Assembly (NCBI GenBank): GCA_038087875.1
Contig: JAXLNO010003819.1
Span: forward strand, 6,302 to 64,000
From: Malacoraja senta
Lineage: Eukaryota
DNA length: 57,699 nucleotides
Direction: 5' to 3'
The notes below the pieces were generated by a model. The model did not search any database and was not told the origin of the DNA. It saw only the letters and a list, made by a program, of their open reading frames with translations. The position numbers and the translations under genes were made by a program. Below are positions 35,179-49,395 of this stretch, one piece after another (position 1 is the first letter of the stretch; every line of letters begins with the position of its first letter).

Positions 35179-35790
35179 CACGGTAGCGCAGAAATGGGCT
35201 GAGCCTGTACAAAAATTATCTGAGAACCCCGTCAGGAATCAGCGCGTAAGCGCAGCTTTGTCAGCATCGGCGCGTCCTCGTTGATTGCTGCACCCGTCCC
35301 AACGCCAGTGTGGTTGCTGCCATTAATACTCGATTTTTAAACATTAAAAACCCATGACAATTGAGTTGAACAATAGCTTCTAACAAACAGACATTAGGTT
35401 CGTGAACACTCCACAGCACTAACAGATGAACTATGAACTGTCTGTGGTTGCATTAAGCAGTTCATAACTTATGCACATGGACTAGGTTGTTAATTGATTG
35501 AATTGTGTTTATTATTTCTCATACTGCATACGATGACGCCATGGGACAGAACGCAAAGGAGGTTTGAGATGATTGGGCAACAAATGCAGGGATGTGATTG
35601 GCGGAATTAAGAAACAATGTTAATTCGGGGAGTTGGAGAACAAATTAGCTCTGGGCTGAGGGGACGTGACGCTGTCAAGAATAAGCCAATGAATAGAGAG
35701 CCGAGACCACAGCTCTTTCACAATATCAGATTAAACTTGTTTCCGGGTGAGACCATTTCAGTTCATATTCACTCTCAATGCAATTACAAC

Positions 35791-36662
35791 ATGCTGACCG
35801 TGACAATTTATTGTCTTCTTGCAGCTGCAGCTCTCTTAACGGGTAAGTTCAGGACGTTTCGAAGCCTGTACATTATATTACTGTAGGGCATGGCATTTAA
35901 TCAATGAAATACCCGGCATGCAATAGAATGACTTTAGAATGGGAATCAGTGAGAGGACTAAACGAAGAGCACCATAAGAATATAGATGCTGTTCCCCACA
36001 AAGTGATGTTAGGAAATTTGAGGTGAATTCCCAGAAATATTGTTGGAAACCAGCGCCTATGGTGAAGCATCGGAGAGTTAGAAAACTCCCTTGTGCTAAG
36101 TACTAGCGCTCAGCGATTCCTCTTCCCCTCTCGAGATCCAATGATGACGAGCAGATGGCGATGGAAAGGGGCGGATGATTTTTTAAAGATCATTTCATTC
36201 GGTTATTCACAGCGCCTTCCCCCCCCCATCTTTATTTAGCTTTTAGGGGAGGGAGATCTTTGTTGCCGTTCTACCTCAGATCAGTATAATTAATATGAAT
36301 ATGAGCAGAATGAGGTGATGTTGTGTTTTCTAACCTCGTACCCGGGCTCTTGCAGGATATTGTAGAGGCGACGCCGTTTCTCAGACACCATTAGTGGTAA
36401 CAGTGAGTGAAGGGGAAGATGCACAGTTGAACTGCAACTATACAACTGCAAGCACGAGCATTCTTGGACTAATCTGGTACCGTCAGTATCCCGGCGGATC
36501 CCTTGAGTTTCTGCTGCTCAGAACGAAAATCGAAGCCGTCCAGAAGAACAATGCTGGAGAACGTTTTTCTGCGGAGCTCAACCATTCGACAGGAACGGTC
36601 CCGCTGACGGTATCACAAACGCGGCTCCGAGACGCGGCAATGTATTACTGCGCCCAGAGCCC
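35791..36662 (+). CDS. TRAV: TCR V segment, lineage B (CAQSP), open
   Basis: Leader 35791-35842, V exon 36356-36662; 23-RSS 36663-36701. Confidence 0.9.
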
Positions 36663-37277
36663 CACGGTGGCGCAGAATTGGGTTGAGCCTGCACAAAAAC
36701 TACCAGTGCACCCACTCATGTATCACCGCGTAAACACAACTTTCTCAGCATCGGCGCGTCCTCGTTCATTGCTGCACCCGTCCCATCGCCAGTGTCATTA
36801 ATACTCGATTTTTAAATATTAAAAAACCCATGACAATTGGGTTGAAGAATAGCTTCTAACAAACAAATATTAGGTTCTTGAACACTACACAGCACTAACA
36901 GAAGAACTATGAAATGTCTTCGGTTGCATTAAGCATTTCATGCATCTTATGCACATGGACTTGGTTGTTAATTTATTGAATTTTGTTTATTGTATATTAT
37001 ACTTCAGGCCTTGCCCCTCCTGTGACGCCATGGAACAGAAAAAAGGAGGGTTGAGATGATTGGCCAACAAAAGCAATGGTGTGATTGGCGGAATTAAGAA
37101 ACTGAGTTAATTCGGGGAGTTGGAGAACAAATTTGCTCCGCGCCGACAGGATGTGACGCTGTCACGAATAAGCCAATGAATGAAGAGCCTAGACCACAGC
37201 TCTTTCACAATATCAGATTAAACCTGTTTCCGGGTGAGCGCATTTCAGTTCATATTCACTCTCACTGCAATTACAAC

Positions 37278-38135
37278 ATGCTGGCCTTGACAATGTACTG
37301 GCTTCTTACAGCTGCAGCTCTCTTAACCGGTAAGTTCACGAGGTTTCCAATAATGTAGGGCATGATATTTAAGCAACCAAATACCTTGAATGCAACAGAA
37401 CGACTTTAGAAAAGGAGTCCGTCTGAGGACAGTAAACGATGAGCGCAGTAGGAAAAAAGATGCAGTTTCACAGTAATTGATGTTCGGAAATTTGATGTGA
37501 GTTTCCAGGTTAATTGTTGGAAAGCAGCGCCGACGGAGAAGCATCGAAGCGTTAGAACACACCGGTGGTCCCCGTACGAATGCTCTACGATTCCCCTTTT
37601 CCTCCCCGGAAGCAATAACAACGTCCAGTACGATGGAACGGGTTGGATTATCTTTAAAGATAAATTTATTCGGTAATTCCCAGCGCCTTTCCGCCCATCT
37701 TTATTTAGCTTTTAGGGGAGGGGTATGTTTGATGTCATTGTACCTCATATCAGTATGAGGATGAGGGGTATTCTGAAGTATGAGCTGAGTTAGGTGATGT
37801 TGTGTTATTTATCCCCGGACTCTTGCAGGGAATTGTCGAGGCGACGCCGTTTCTCAGACAACGGCAGCGGTTACAGAGAGTGAAGGGGATGATACAAAAT
37901 TGAGCTGCAACTATACAGCTACAAGCACGGTCACTCCTGGACTGATCTGGTACCGTCGGTATCCCGGCGGATCCCTTGAGTTTCTTCTGCTGAGAACGAC
38001 ATTCAAAGGCGGCCAGAAGAGCAATGCCGGGGAACGTTTTTCTGCGGAGCTCAAACATTTGAGAGGAACGGTTCCGCTGACCGTGTCACAAACGCGGCTC
38101 CGAGACTCGGCGATGCATTACTGCGCTCCGAACCC
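37278..38135 (+). CDS. TRAV: TCR V segment, lineage C, open frame with atypical HYCAP end and FR1 V-to-E change
   Basis: Leader 37278-37329, V exon 37829-38135 (VTESEG); RSS 38136-38174 with CACGGTA. Confidence 0.8.
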
Positions 38136-38747
38136 CACGGTAGCGCAGAATTGGGCTGAGCCTGTACAAAAATTATCTGAGAACTCCGTCAGGAATCAGC
38201 GCGTAAGCGCAGCTTTGTCAGCATCGGCGCGTCCTCGTTGATTGCTGCACCCGTCCCAACGCCAGTGTGGTAGCTGCCATTAATACTCGATTTTTAAACA
38301 TTAAAAACCCATGACAATTGAGTTGAACAATAGCTTCTAACAAACAGACATTAGGTTCGTGAACACTCCACAGCACTAACAGATGAACTATGAACAGTCT
38401 GTGGTTGCATTAAGCAGTTCATAACTTATGCACATGGACTAGGTTGTTAATTGATTGAATTGTGTTTATTATTTGTCATACTGCATACTATGACGCCATG
38501 GGACAGAAAACAAAGGAGGTTTGAGATGATTGGGCATCAAAAGCAATGATGCGATTGGCGGAATTAAGAAACAATGTTAATTCGGGGAGTTGGAGAACAA
38601 ATTAGGTCTTCGCTGATGGGACGTGACGCTGTCAAGAATAAGCCAATGAATAGAGAGCCGAGACCACAGCTCTTTCACAATATCAGATTAAACCTGTTTC
38701 CGTGTGAGACCATTTTGGTTCATATTCACTCTCAATGCAATTACAAC

Positions 38748-39619
38748 ATGCTGCCCGTGACAATTTATTGTCTTCTTGCAGCTGCAGCTCTCTTAACGGG
38801 TAAGTTCAGGACGTTTCGAAGCCTGTACATTATATTACTGTAGGGCATGGCATTTAATCAATGAAATACCCGGCATGCAATAGAATGACTTTAGAATGGG
38901 AATCAGTGAGAGGACTAAACGAAGAGCACAATAAAAATATAGATGCAGTTCCACACAAAGTGATGTTAGGAAATTTGAGGTGAATTCCCAGAAATATTGT
39001 TGGAAACCAGCGCCTATGGTGAAGCATCGGAGAGTTAGAATACTCCCTTGTGCTAAGTACTAGCGCTCAGCGATTCCTCTTCCCATCTCGAGATCCAATG
39101 ATGACGAGCAGATGGCGATGGAAAGGGGCGGATGATTTTTTAAAGATAATTTCATTCGGTTATTCACAGCCCCTTTCCCCCCCCATCTTTATTTAGCTTT
39201 TAGGGGAGGGAGATCTTTGTTGCCGTTCTACCTCAGATCAGTATAATCAATATGAATATGAGCAGAATGACGTGATGTTGTGTTTTCTAACCTCGTTCGC
39301 GGGCTCTTGCAGGATATTGTAGAGGCGACGCCGTTTCTCAGACACCAGTAGTGGTAACAGTGAGTGAAGGGGAAGATGCACAGTTGAACTGCAACTATAC
39401 ATCTGCAAGCACGAGCAATCTTCGACTAATCTGGTACCGTCAGTATCCCGGCGGATCCCTTGAGTTTCTGCTGCTCAGAACGAAAATCGAAGCCGTCCAG
39501 AAGAACAATGCTGGAGAACGTTTTTCTGCGGAGCTCAACCATTCGACAGGAACGGTCCCGCTGACGATATCACAAACGCGGCTCCGAGACGCGGCAATGT
39601 ATTACTGCGCCCTGAGCCC
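38748..39619 (+). CDS. TRAV: TCR V segment, lineage B', open
   Basis: Leader 38748-38799, V exon 39313-39619; 23-RSS 39620-39658. Confidence 0.9.
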
Positions 39620-40243
39620 CACGGTGGCGCAGAATTGGGCTCAGCCTGCACAAAAACTACCAGCGCACTCAATCATGTATCACCGCGTAAACACAACTTT
39701 CTCAGCATCGGCGCGTCCTCGTTGATTGCTGCACCCGTCCCATCGCCAGTGTGTTTGCTGTCATTAATACTCGATTTTTAAATATTAAAAAACCCATGAC
39801 AATTGGGTTGAAGAATAGCTTCTAACAAACAAATATTAGGTTCTTGAACACTACACAGCACTAACAGAAGAACTATGAAATGTCTTCGGTTGCATTAAGC
39901 ATTTCATGCATCTTATGCACATGGACTTGGTTGTTAATTTATTGAATTTTGTTTATTGTTTGTTATACTTCAGGCCTTGCCCCTCCTGTGATGCCATGGG
40001 ACAGAAAAAAGGAGGGTTGAGATGATTGGCCAACAAAAGCAATGGTGTGATTGGCGGAATTAAGAAACTGAGTTAATTCGGGGAGTTGGAGAACAAATTA
40101 GCTCCGCGCCGACAGGATGTGACGCTGTCACGAATAAGCCAATGAATGAAGAGCCTAGACCACAGCTCTTTCACAATATCAGATTAAACCTGTTTCCGGG
40201 TGAGCGCATTTCAGTTCATATTCACTCTCAATGCAATTGCAAC

Positions 40244-41100
40244 ATGCTGGCCTTGACAATGTATTGGCTTCTTACAGCTGCAGCTCTCTTAACCGGTAAG
40301 TTCACGAGGTTTCCAATAATGTAGGGCATGATATTTAAGCAACCAAATACCTTGAATGCAACAGAACGACTTTAGAAAAGGAGTCCGTCTGAGGACAGTA
40401 AACGATGAGCGCAGTAGGAAAAAAGATGCAGTTTCACAGTAATTGATGTTCGGAAATTTGAGGTGAGTTTCCAGGTTAATTGTTGGAAAGCAGCCCCGAC
40501 GGAGAAGCATGGAAGCGTTAGAACACACCGGTGGTCCCCGTACGAATGCTCTACGATTCCCCTTTTCCTCCCCGGAAGCAATAACGTCGTCCAGTACGAT
40601 GAAACGGATTGGTTTATCTTTAAAGATAAATTACTCGGTAATTCCCAGCGCCTTTCCGCCCATCGTTATTTAGCTTTAAGGGGAGGGGTATGTTTGATGT
40701 CATTGTACCTCATATCAGTATGAGGATGAGGGGTATTCTGAAGTATGAGCTGAGCTAGGTTATATTGTGTTATTAATCCCCGGACTCTTGCAGGGAATTG
40801 TCGAGGCGACGCCGTTTCTCAGACACCGGCAGCGGTTACAGTGAGTGAAGGGGATGATACAAAATTGAGCTGCAAGTATACAGCTACAAGCACGGTATCC
40901 CCTGGACTAATCTGGTACCGTCAGTATGCCGGCGGATGCCTTGAGTTTCTGCTGCTCAGAACGAAAATCGAAGCCGCCCAGAAGAACAGTGCCGGTGAAC
41001 GTTTTTCTGCGGAGCTCAACCATTCGACAGGAACGGTCCCGCTGACCGTGTCACAAACGCGGCTCCGAGACTCGGCGATGTATTACTGCGCACTGAACCC
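40244..41100 (+). CDS. TRAV: TCR V segment, lineage C' (extra Cys), open
   Basis: Leader 40244-40295, V exon 40794-41100; 23-RSS 41101-41139. Confidence 0.9.
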
Positions 41101-41725
41101 CACGGTGGCGCAGTGGTGGGCTGAGCCTGCACAAAAACTGCCAGTGCACCCACTCATGTATCACCGCGTCAGCGCAGCTTTGTCAGCATCGGCGCGTCCT
41201 CGTTGATTGCTGCACCGTTCCCAACGCCAGTGTGTTTACTGTCATTAATACTCGATTTTTAAATATTAAAAACCCATGACAATTGGGTTGAAGAATAGCT
41301 TCTAACAAACAAATATTAGGTTCTTGAACTCTACACAGCACTGAAAAATGAACTATGAAATGTCTTCGCTTGCATTAAGCACTTCATTCATCTTATGCAC
41401 ATGGACTAGGTTGTTAATTTATTGAATTTTGTTTATTGTATATTATACTTCAGGCCTTGCCCCTCCTGTGACGCCGTGGAACAGAAAACAAAGGAGGTTT
41501 GAAATGATTGGGCAACAAAAGCAATGACGTGATTGGCGGAATTAAGAAACTGAGTGAATTAGGGGAGTTGGAGAACAAATTAGCTCCGCGCCGACGGGAT
41601 GTGACGCTGTCAAGAATAAGCCAACGAATGAAGAACCTAGACCACAGCCCTTTCACAATATCAGATTAAACCTGTTTCCGGGTGAGCGCATTTCAGTTCA
41701 TATTCACTCTCAATGCAATTACAAC

Positions 41726-42557
41726 ATGCTGGCCGTGACAATTTATTGGCTTCTTACAGCTGCAGCTCTTTTAACGGGTAAGTACAAGACGTTTCCAAGC
41801 CTGAATATTATATTACTGTGGGGCATGGTATTTAATCAATAAAATGCCTTGCATGCAATGGAATGACTTTAGAAAGTGAGTCAGTGAGGGTACAATAAAC
41901 GAAGAGTACAATAAGAATATAGATGCAGTTCCGACCAAAGTGCTGTAAGGATTTTGAGATGAGTTTCCAGGTATATTAGACCACGCTCGTGTTCTAAGGT
42001 CGTGCGCTCAGCAATTCCTCTCCTCCTCCCGAGATGCAATGATCACGAGCAGGTGGCGATGGAAAGGGGTGGATGATTTTTAAATATAGTTTCATTCGGT
42101 AATTCACAGCGCGTTTTCTCCCACCTTCATTTAGGTTTGAGTGCAGGGAGATCTTTGTTGCCGTTCTACCTCAGATCAGTACCAGGATAAGGTGAGCGTG
42201 AGCAGAATGCGGTGATATTCTTGTTTTTAACTTCGTTCCCGGACTCTTGCAGAGCATTGTCGAGGCGACGCCGTTTCTCAGACACCAGTAGTGGTAACAA
42301 TGAGCGAAGGGGATGATGCCCAGTTGAACTGCAACTATACAGCTACAAGCACGAACAATCTTGTATTAATGTGGTACCGGCAGTATCCCGGCGGATCCCT
42401 TCAATTTCTGGTTCAGAACGAAATTCGAAGCCGCCCAGAAGAACAGTGCTGGAGAACGTTTGGCTGCGGAGCTCAACCATTTGACAGGAACAGTCCCGCT
42501 GACTGTGTCGCAAACGCGGCTCCGAGACGCGGCGATGTATTACTGCGCCCTGAGTCC
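41726..42557 (+). pseudogene. V pseudogene, lineage D
   Basis: Leader 41726-41777, V exon 42253-42557, frameshift; 11-spacer RSS 42558-42584. Confidence 0.9.
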
Positions 42558-42631
42558 CACGGAGGCAGCGATTGTACATAAACTACCATTTCCGGATTTC
42601 AGTTCATATTCACTCTCCATGTAATTGAAAC

Positions 42632-43332
42632 ATGCTGTCATTGACTATTTATTCGCTTCTTATAGCTGCAGCTCTCTTAACCGGTATGTTCACGACGTTT
42701 CCAAGCCTGTATATTATGTTACTTTAGGGCATGATATCTCATCAATCAAATACATTGAATGCAATGGAATCACGTTAGAAAGCCATTCAATGGGAGGATA
42801 GTAAGTGAAGAGTACAAAGAGGAATATAGATGCAGTTCCTCAATAGGGATGTGAGGGGATTTGAGGCGTTTCCAGGTTAATAGCTGGAAACTGGCCCCGG
42901 CTGGGTAGAGTCCTGCAGTTGGAACACACCGGTGTTCTACGTAGGAGCGCTCTACGATTCCCCTTTTCCTTCCGGGACGCAATGATGACGAGCGGAGTGC
43001 GATGGAAAGGGTTGGATGATCTTTAAAGATAATTTCATTCGGTAATTGCCAGCGCCTACCCCCCACCTTTATGTAGCTTTTAGGGGAGGGGTATCATTAA
43101 TGCCATTGCACCTCGAATCAGTACCAGGATAGGGGGTATTTTCGAATATGAACACAGTAAGGTGATGTTCCGTTGTTTAACTTCGTCCCCGGATTCTTGC
43201 AGGGCATTGTCGAGGCGACGCCGTTTCTCAGACCCCAGCAATGATAACAGTGAGTGAAGGCGATGACGCACCGTTGAAGTGCAACTACACAGCTACAATC
43301 ACGAGCAATCTTGGACTAATCTGGTACCGTCA
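42632..43332 (+). pseudogene. V pseudogene, lineage E
   Basis: Leader 42632-42683, partial V exon 43203-43332. Confidence 0.88.
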
Positions 43333-43333
43333 T

Positions 43334-43749
43334 GGCCCTGTCCCACGGTGCGAGTCCACCCACGTGTGATCCCGAGTTTAAAACAAATCAAACTCGTGGT
43401 AATCACGTAGCGGGAACGTCGGAACTCGTAACTCTAACGGCAGGTACTCGGGAAACTTGTTAACTCGTGAAAATCTTTCAACATGCTGAAAGATTTCCAC
43501 GAGTCAGAGTTACTCTTGAAGTAAAAAAATTAAACTTTTAAACTCGTTGTAAGAACGTAGTAGCCCGTGAGTTTACCGTAGTGACTCGTGAGTCTACCGT
43601 GGGCACTCTTTAACTCAGCTGGACAGGCAGCATCTCTGCAGAGATGGAATGGGTGACGGGATGACGTTTCCAAAATTCTGCTGCGTCTTTGTGTTACTCC
43701 AGCACTGTGTGTTCACTTTTTGTCAACCAGCATCTGCCCTTTCTTGTGT
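43334..43749. mobile_element. MITE-like element plus repeat fragment (copy 5)
   Basis: Same sequence as 2780-3195. Confidence 0.6.
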
Positions 43750-44205
43750 ATGACATTATTTGTATCCGTGGCAGTTGATTGTCGCTCAAATACCAGGCTT
43801 TTAAACACGGCAGAACACTAACCTATGAACTATGAACTGTCTTTCGGTGCACTTAGCAATTCAAGCTTTTTAATGCACATGGATTACGTTATTAATTTAT
43901 TGTATTTTGTTTATTATTTATCATACTTCAGGCCTTGTCTCTCCTGTGACTTCATGAAACAGAAAACAAAGGAGGTTTGAGATGATTGGCAACTGAGAAG
44001 CAGTGAGTTGATTGGCGGAATTCAGCGAGTGAGGTAAGTCGGGGGGGTTGGAGAACACATTCGCTCTGTGCCGAGGGGATGTGCCGTCGTCAAAAATAAA
44101 CCAATGAATTGAGAACCTAGACCACAGCTCTTTCACAATATCCGATTAAACATATTTCCCGATGAGAACATTTCAGTTTATATTCACTCTCAAAGCAATC
44201 ACAAC

Positions 44206-44948
44206 ATGTTGGCCGTGATTATTTATTCTCTTCTTGCAGCTGCAGCTCTCTTAACCGGTAGGTGCACGGCGTTTCCGACCCTGGATATTATATTACTACG
44301 GGGCATGATATTTAATCAATCAACTAGTTTGAATGCAATAGAATGACTTAAGAAAGGGAGTCACACCCATGTTCTACGGACGAGTGCTGAAAGATTCTCT
44401 TTTCTCCCTCCCAAGACAGAATGATGACGAGCAGAGGGCAATGGAAAGGGTTACATGATCTTTAAAGACAATTTAATTCAGTAATTCCCAGTGCTTTCCC
44501 GCCACCTTGATGTGGGTTTTAGGGGAGAGTATTCTTTGCTGCCGTTGTGCCTCAGATCAGTATCAAGATATGCGGCATTTTCCAGTATCAACATATTGGG
44601 ATAATGCAATGTAATTTAATTTCTTTCCCTGGCCCTTGCAGGACATTGTCGAGGCGATGCCGTTTCTCAGACACCAGTAGTGGAAACAGTAAATGAAGGG
44701 GATGATGCCCAGTTGAATTGCAACTATACAGCTACAAGCACGAGCGTCCCTGGACTAATCTGGTACCGTCAGTATCCCGGCGGATCCCTTGAGTTTCTGC
44801 TGCTCAGAACGACATTCAAAGGCGGCCAGAAGAACAATGCCGGGGAACGTTTTTCTGCGGAGCTCAACCATTTGACAGGAACGGTCCCGCTGACCGTGTC
44901 ACAAACGCGGCTCCGAGACTCGGCCATGTATTACTGCGCTCTGAACCC
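44206..44948 (+). CDS. TRAV: TCR V segment, lineage A, open
   Basis: Leader 44206-44257, V exon 44642-44948; 23-RSS 44949-44987. Confidence 0.9.
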
Positions 44949-45560
44949 TACGGTGGCGCAGAATTGGGCTGAGCCTGTACAAAAATTATCTGAGAACCCC
45001 GTCAGGAATCAGCGCGTAAGCGCAGCTTTGTCAGCATCGGCGCGTCCTCGTTGATTGCTGCACCCGTCCCAACGCCAGTGTGGTTGCTGCCATTAATACT
45101 CGATTTTTAAACATTAAAAACCCATGACAATTGAGTTGAAGAATAGCTTCTAACAAACAGACATTAGGTTCGTGAACACTCCACAGCACTAACAGATGAA
45201 CTATGAACTGTCTGTGGTTGCATTAAGCAGTTCATAACTTATCCACATGGACTAGGTTGTTAATTTATTGAATTGTGTTTATTATTTGTCATACTGCATA
45301 CTATGACGCCATGGGACAGAAAACAAAGGAGGTTTGAGATGATTGGGCATCAAAAGCAATGATGCGATTGGCGGAATTAAGAAACAATGTTAATTCGGGG
45401 AGTTGGAGAACAAATTAGCTCTTCGCTGATGGGACGTGACGCTGTCAAGAATAAGCCAATGAATAGAGAGCCGAGACCACAGCTCTTTCACAATATCAGA
45501 TTAAACCTGTTTCCGTGTGAGACCATTTTGGTTCATATTCACTCTCAATGCAATTACAAC

Positions 45561-46432
45561 ATGCTGACCGTGACAATTTATTGTCTTCTTGCAGCTGCAG
45601 CTCTCTTAACGGGTAAGTTCAGGACGTTTCGAAGCCTGTACATTATATTACTGTAGGGCATGGTATTTAATCAATGAAATACTCTGCATGCAATAGAATG
45701 ACTTTAGAATGGGAATCAGCGAGAGGACTAAACGAAGAGCACAATAAGAATATAGATGCTGTTCCCCACAAATTGATGTTAGGAAATTTGAGGTGAATTC
45801 CCAGAAATATTGTTGGAAACCAGCGCCTATGGTGAAGCATCGGAGAGTTAGAAAACTCCCTTGTGCTAAGTACTAGCGCTCAGCGATTCCTCTTCCCCTC
45901 TCGAGATCCAATGATGACGAGCAGATGGCGATGGAAAGGGGCGGATGATTTTTTAAAGATAATTTCATTCGGTTATTCACAGCGCCTTTCCCCCCCCATC
46001 TTTATTTAGCTTTTAGGGGAGGGAGATCTTTGTTGCCGTTCTACCTCAGATCAGTATAATTAATATGAATATGAGCAGAATGAGGTGATGTTGTGTTTTC
46101 TAACCTCGTACCCGGGCTCTTGCAGGATATTGTAGAGGCGACGCCGTTTCTCAGACACCAGTAGTGGTAACAGTGAGTGAAGGGGAAGATGCACAGTTGA
46201 ACTGCAACTATACAACTGCAAGCACGAGCATTCTTGGACTAATCTGGTACCGTCAGTATCCCGGCGGATCCCTTGAGTTTCTGCTGCTCAGAACGAAAAT
46301 CGAAGCCGTCCAGAAGAACAATGCTGGAGAACGTTTTTCTGCGGAGCTCAACCATTCGACAGGAACGGTCCCGCTGACGGTATCACAAACGCGGCTCCGA
46401 GACGCGGCAATGTATTACTGCGCCCTGAACCC
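45561..46432 (+). CDS. TRAV: TCR V segment, lineage B, open
   Basis: Leader 45561-45612, V exon 46126-46432; 23-RSS 46433-46471. Confidence 0.9.
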
Positions 46433-47056
46433 CACGGTGGCGCAGAATTGGGCTGAGCCTGCACAAAAACTACCAGTGCACCCACTCATGTATCACCGCG
46501 TAAACACAACTTTCTCAGCATCGGCGCGTCCTCGTTGATTGCTGCACCCGTCCCATCGCCAGTGTGTTTGCTGTCATTAATACTCGATTTTTAAATATTA
46601 AAAAACCCATGACAATTAGGTTGAAGAATAGCTTCTAACAAACAAATATTAGGTTCTTGAACACTACAAAGCACTAACAGAAGAACTATGAAATGTCTTC
46701 GGTTGCATTAAGCATTTCATGCATCTTATGCACATGGACTTGGTTGTTAATTTATTGAATTTTGTTTATTGTTTATTATACTTCAGGCCTTGCCCCTCCT
46801 GTGACGCCATGGAACAGAAAAAAGGAGGGTTGAGATGATTGGCCAACAAAAGCAATGGTGTGATTGGCGGAATTAAGAAACTGAGTTAATTCGGGGAGTT
46901 GGAGAACAAATTAGCTCCGCGCCAACAGGATGTGACGCTGTCACGAATAAGCCAATCAATGAAGAGCCTAGACCACAGCTCTTTCACAATATCAGATTAA
47001 ACCTGTTTCCGGGTGAGCGCATTTCAGTTCATATTCACTCTCAATGCAATTACAAC

Positions 47057-47914
47057 ATGCTGGCCTTGACAATGTATTGGCTTCTTACAGCTGCAGCTCT
47101 CTTAACCGGTAAGTTCACGACGTTTCCAATAATGTAGGGCATGATATTTAAGCAACCAAATACCTTGAATGCAACAGAACGACTTTAGAAAAGGAGTCCG
47201 TCTGAGGACAGTAAACGATGAGCGCAGTAGGATAAAAGATGCAGTTTCACAGTAATTGATGTTCGGAAATTTGAGGTGAGTTTCCACGTTAATTGTTGGA
47301 AAGCAGCCCCGACGGAGAAGCATCGAAGCGTTAGAACACACCGGTGGTCCCCGTACGAGTGCTCTACGATTCCCCTTTTCCTCCCCGGAAGCAATAACAA
47401 CGTCCAGTACGATGGAACGGGTTGGATTATCTTTAAAGATAAATTTATTCGGTAATTCCCAGCGCCTTTCCGCCCATCTTTATTTAGCTTTTAGGGGAGG
47501 GGTATGTTTGATGTCATTGTACCTCATATCAGTATGAGGATGAGGGGTATTCTGAAGTATGAGCTGAGTTAGGTGATGTTGTGTTATTTATCCCCGGACT
47601 CTTGCAGGGAATTGTCGAGGCGACGCCGTTTCTCAGTCAACGGCAGCGGTTACAGTGAGTGAAGGGGATGATACAAAATTGAGCTGCAACTATACAGCTA
47701 CAAGCACGGTCACTCCTGGACTGATCTGGTACCGTCGGTATCCCGGCGGATCCCTTGAGTTTCTTCTGCTGAGAACGACATTCAAAGGCGGCCAGAAGAA
47801 CAATGCTGGAGAACGTTTTTCTGCGGAGCTCAACCATTCGACAGGAACGGTCCCGCTGACGGTATCACAAACGCGGCTCCGAGACGCGGCAATGTATTAC
47901 TGCGCCCTGAGCCC
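47057..47914 (+). CDS. TRAV: TCR V segment, C/B chimera (C''), open
   Basis: Leader 47057-47108, V exon 47608-47914; 23-RSS 47915-47953. Confidence 0.9.
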
Positions 47915-48538
47915 CACGGTGGCGCAGAATTGGGCTGAGCCTGCACAAAAACTACCAGTGCACCCACTCATGTATCACCGCGTAAACACAACTTTCTCAG
48001 CATCGGCGCGTCCTCGTTGATTGCTGCACCCGTCCCATCGCCAGTGTGTTTGCTGTCATTAATACTCGATTTTTAAATATTAAAAAACCCATGACAATTG
48101 GGTTGAAGAATAGCTTCTAACAAACAAATATTAGGTTCTTGAACACTACACAGCACTAACAGAAGAACTATGAAATGTCTGCGGTTGCATTAAGCATTTC
48201 ATGCATCTTATGCACATGGACCTGGTTGTTAATTTATTGAATTTTGTTTATTGTATATTATACTTCAGGCCTTGCCTGTCCTGTGACGCCATGGAACAGA
48301 AAAAAGGAGGTTTGAGATGATTGGCCAACAAAAGCAATGGTGTGATTGGCGGAATTAAGAAACTGAGTTAATTCGGGGAGTTGGAGAACAAATTTGCTCC
48401 GCGCCGACAGGATGTGACGCTGTCACGAATAAGCCAATGAACGAAGAGCCTAGACCACAGCTCTTTCACAATATCAGATTAAACCTGTTTCCGGGTGAGC
48501 GCATTTCAGTTCATATTCACTCTCAATGCAATTACAAC

Positions 48539-49395
48539 ATGCTGGCCTTGACAATGTATTGGCTTCTTACAGCTGCAGCTCTCTTAACCGGTAAGTTCAC
48601 GAGGTTTCCAATAATGTAGGGCATGATATTTAAGCAACCAAATACCTTGAATGCAACAGAACGACTTTAGAAAAGGAGTCCGTCTGAGGACAGTAAACGA
48701 TGAGCGCAGTAGGAAAAAAGATGCAGTTTCACAGTAATTGATGTTCGGAAATTTGAGGTGAGTTTCCAGGTTAATTGTTGGAAAGCAGCCCCGACGGAGA
48801 AGCATCGAAGCGTTAGAACACACCGGTGGTCCCCGTACGAATGCTCTACGATTCCCCTTTTCCTCCCCGGAAGCAATAACGTCGTCCAGTACGATGAAAC
48901 GGATTGGTTTATCTTTAAAGATAAATTACTCGGTAATTCCCAGCGCCTTTCCGCCCATCGTTATTTAGCTTTTAGGGGAGGGGTATGTTTGATGTCATTG
49001 TACCTCATATCAGTATGAGGATGAGGGGTATTCTGAAGTATGAGCTGAGCTAGGTTATATTGTGTTATTAATCCCCGGACTCTTGCAGGGAATTGTCGAG
49101 GCGACGCCGTTTCTCAGACACCGGCAGCGGTTACAGTGAGTGAAGGGGATGATACAAAATTGAGCTGCAAATATACAGCTACAAGCACGGTATCCCCTGG
49201 ACTAATCTGGTACCGTCAGTATGCCGGCGGATGCCTTGAGTTTCTGCTGCTCAGAACGAAAATCGAAGCCGCCCAGAAGAACAGTGCCGGTGAACGTTTT
49301 TCTGCGGAGCTCAACCATTCGACAGGAACGGTCCCGCTGACCGTGTCACAAACGCGGCTCCGAGACTCGGCGATGTATTACTGCGCACTGAACCC
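48539..49395 (+). CDS. TRAV: TCR V segment, lineage C' (extra Cys), open
   Basis: Leader 48539-48590, V exon 49089-49395; 23-RSS 49396-49434. Confidence 0.9.

Noticed and set aside
34862-35284. 140-aa ORF that looks like a single-exon V with its own N-terminus
   Set aside because: It starts at a non-ATG codon inside the intron and is in frame only because of the 17-bp deletion
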